The notes under the pieces were generated by a model, which saw nothing but the letters and a program-made list of their open reading frames with translations, was not told the DNA's origin and made no database searches. Below are positions 61,945-64,000 of a stretch of 64,000 nucleotides of DNA, piece after piece. The stretch is from Cyanobium sp. (GTDB lineage Bacteria; Cyanobacteriota; Cyanobacteriia; PCC-6307; Cyanobiaceae). The stretch is taken from contig SLIG01000007.1 in assembly GCA_007135755.1 (NCBI GenBank), positions 17,466 through 81,465 on the forward strand. Direction: 5' to 3'. Within the stretch, counting starts at the first letter, position 1, and each line of letters begins with the position of its first letter. The position numbers and the translations under genes are program-made.

Positions 61945-63981
61945 TCAGCGCCGCCGCAGCCGGCCCCAGTGGCGGAAGATGCGCTGGCGCAGGCTGAGGG
62001 GCACAGGCGGTGCCGAGCGCCAGGCCAGCAGCTCTTCGATCGCCTGCTCCGGCTCGATGAACAGGCCGCTGTGGCGGCTCACATAGCGGGGATAGTCGAT
62101 GAGGGCGCCATGCACCAGGGCATCGAGGCTGAGGCGGCGGCCCCGCCGCTCACAGCGCAGGCGGTCGTGGCTGAGGCCCCAGCCGGCATAGAAGGGCAGG
62201 CCCCAGGTGTGCACCTCGAGCTCCCGCAGCAGGGCCTCGAAGCCGGCGATCGAGGTGAGCACGTGCAGGGCGTCGATCTGGGTGAACAGCTGCTGGATCG
62301 CGGCATCGGCCACCAGCTCGTCACACCAGTCACGGGCTGCCGCCTCATTCGAGCCCGGCCGGCACAGCCCCGCCAACACGTCCGGGTGGGGCTTGTAGAG
62401 GAGGTAGGCCGCGGGCTCGGCGGCCCGCACCGCCTGCAGCAGGCCCAGGTTGGTGCGCACGCCTGGGGCGCCCAGCCTGATCGAGGCATCCGATTCCACC
62501 TGCCCCACCACCAGCACCACCCGCCGAACCCCGGCCGGTCGGAGCCAGGGGGGCGCCTGGAGGTTGTATTTGGTGATCGCCTCCGCCACCAGCCGCCGGC
62601 GCAGCGCCCGCGCCCGCCGCAGCTGCTGGTCGTTCCAGTGGCCGGTGGCCAGGCCATGTTCCAGATCACTGGGGCCACCGGCGTCGTAGTAGATGCCGCG
62701 CCGGTCGATCACCCAGGAGATCGGGTCGATCAGGTCGGCCCCCAGCCCCACCGAGCGCAGGAAACCATCCTCGGCATGGAGCAGCGGCAATGCCCGGCGG
62801 CGGGCCGCCTCCAGCAGCCGCGGGCGGGCCCGCCGGCCCCACACCGCCAGGGCCTGGGCATGGCGGTGTGGGGCCTGCCACTGGAACCGAAAGCGCAGCC
62901 GGCTGCCGGCCAGGAAGCGGCGCAGCACCCGTTGCTTCCAGGGGGTGAAGCCGAAAGCCTCGATGCGCTCCGGCAGCCGGCCCCGCAGCCTGCGCTGCAG
63001 GCCGATGGCCGCCACCAGCTCCTCCACCTGGCAGCGTTGGTGGCGGTGGGGATCCACATACACGGCGTAGTCCACCAGGGCGGCGTGGACCAGATCGGCC
63101 AGCTGGCGGGGAGCGGCGGCGGCGCGGCGCGGCGGCGGCGGCAGCGCGTCGCGGCTAAGGCCCCAGCCGGCATAGAAGGGCATGCCGAAGCAGTGCACCG
63201 GCCGGCCCCAGAGCAGGGCCTCGAAGCCCAGCTGAGAGGTGACGACGTACACCGCCTTGGCCCGCTCGAGCAGGGCCGCGGGATGGCCGCCACTGGCCTC
63301 GAGCCGGACGCGCGGATGCTGCAGTTGCCGGGCCTGGAAATGGCCGCGCTTTCGGCCGCGCACCACATCCGGATGGGTCTTGACGACCACCAGCCGGCCA
63401 GGATGGTCGGCCAGCGCGGTGGCGAGCATCGCCTCGAAGCTGGCGGCCGTGGCCCCGCCCAGGCCGATCGAGAGGTCGCCGGCGGTCTGATCGACCACCA
63501 GCACGAAGGGCTCCGCCGGCACCGGCGCCTCGCGACTGCCGTTGTACTTGCTCACCCGCTGCTCACACCACAGGCCGCGGATGGCCTCGGCCCGCTGCAG
63601 CTGGGCGGGAGTGCGGGGGGCGGCGATCAGGCGCTCCAGGCGGCAGGGGCGGCCAGCGTCGTAGTAGATGCCGGCGTCATCGAGCACCAGGCCCAGGGGA
63701 GCACTGTCGGGGCCCAGATCCAGGGAGCGCAGGAAGGCGTCCTCGCAGCGCCAGAGCGGCAGCTGCCGCCGGCGGGCCAGCCGCTCGGCCAGACGGGCGC
63801 TGGGTTTGCGTCCCCAGGCCAGCAGGGCATCGAGGTCGGCCCCGGCGCAGCGGGCCGCGCCGGTCACCAGCCGGTGGTCGGCCAGCAGGGCGGCCAAAGT
63901 GCGATGGCGCAGCATGCCGGCGGCCGGCAGACCCAGGCGGGCCGCTGGGAGAGGAGAGGCCAAGGGCGAGTCGGGGAGCAC
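61945..63981 (-). CDS. kpsC: KpsC-like capsule polysaccharide protein with two tandem Kdo-transferase modules
   Basis: N half has CEDAFLRSLDLG...DDAGIYYDAGRPCRLE...MPFYAGWGLS. C half has AEDGFLRSVGLG...DRRGIYYDAGGPSDLE...LPFYAGWGLS. 678 aa, as in E. coli KpsC. GTG start 19 nt from the window end. Confidence 0.85.
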   Translation of the reverse strand: MLPDSPLASPLPAARLGLPAAGMLRHRTLAALLADHRLVTGAARCAGADLDALLAWGRKPSARLAERLARRRQLPLWRCEDAFLRSLDLGPDSAPLGLVLDDAGIYYDAGRPCRLERLIAAPRTPAQLQRAEAIRGLWCEQRVSKYNGSREAPVPAEPFVLVVDQTAGDLSIGLGGATAASFEAMLATALADHPGRLVVVKTHPDVVRGRKRGHFQARQLQHPRVRLEASGGHPAALLERAKAVYVVTSQLGFEALLWGRPVHCFGMPFYAGWGLSRDALPPPPRRAAAAPRQLADLVHAALVDYAVYVDPHRHQRCQVEELVAAIGLQRRLRGRLPERIEAFGFTPWKQRVLRRFLAGSRLRFRFQWQAPHRHAQALAVWGRRARPRLLEAARRRALPLLHAEDGFLRSVGLGADLIDPISWVIDRRGIYYDAGGPSDLEHGLATGHWNDQQLRRARALRRRLVAEAITKYNLQAPPWLRPAGVRRVVLVVGQVESDASIRLGAPGVRTNLGLLQAVRAAEPAAYLLYKPHPDVLAGLCRPGSNEAAARDWCDELVADAAIQQLFTQIDALHVLTSIAGFEALLRELEVHTWGLPFYAGWGLSHDRLRCERRGRRLSLDALVHGALIDYPRYVSRHSGLFIEPEQAIEELLAWRSAPPVPLSLRQRIFRHWGRLRRR

Positions 63982-64000
63982 CCGACGAGGGCTGGCGGGA

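Overview
Very GC-rich window with strong GC3 bias. Gene content places it in a picocyanobacterium (Synechococcus/Cyanobium-like): allophycocyanin genes apcE and apcABC, psbV, petF, PSRP-3/Ycf65, ftrV, the split cyanobacterial ATP-synthase operons, ccdA-ccs1 and glnB. About 55 kb (1-55.9 kb) is densely packed, mostly recognisable core genome: about 65 CDS, one tRNA-Val, several clean rho-independent terminators, a CIRCE operator and a candidate NtcA box. I saw no CRISPR array, rRNA, transposase or integrase. The six-frame track holds many very long antisense or alternative-frame ORFs. These are the usual artefact of high GC and were rejected. The stretch that stands out is the right-hand 8 kb (55.9-64.0 kb). 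It carries a Wza/KpsD-like polysaccharide exporter and an OlsB/FeeM-like N-acyltransferase with a private acyl carrier protein and a FabF-like condensing enzyme. It also carries a single ORF fusing a KpsS-like Kdo-transferase domain to a PlsC/OlsA-like acyltransferase, and a two-module KpsC. I read this as a Kps-type capsule or glycolipid-anchor system with its own lipid-building module, possibly an aminolipid anchor. That is inference from domain content, not demonstrated. Secondary observations include a Tat-signal MsrB, a lid-less Hsp70 with a membrane partner, four extra genes tightly appended to the atp operon, and a C-rich repeat-bearing 375-bp leader upstream of gpmI. Others are an in-frame 12-bp tandem repeat in ccdA and head-to-head overlapping start codons at PSRP-3/HAD. 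All product calls rest on motifs recalled from memory. No database search was run, and several start codons are uncertain.
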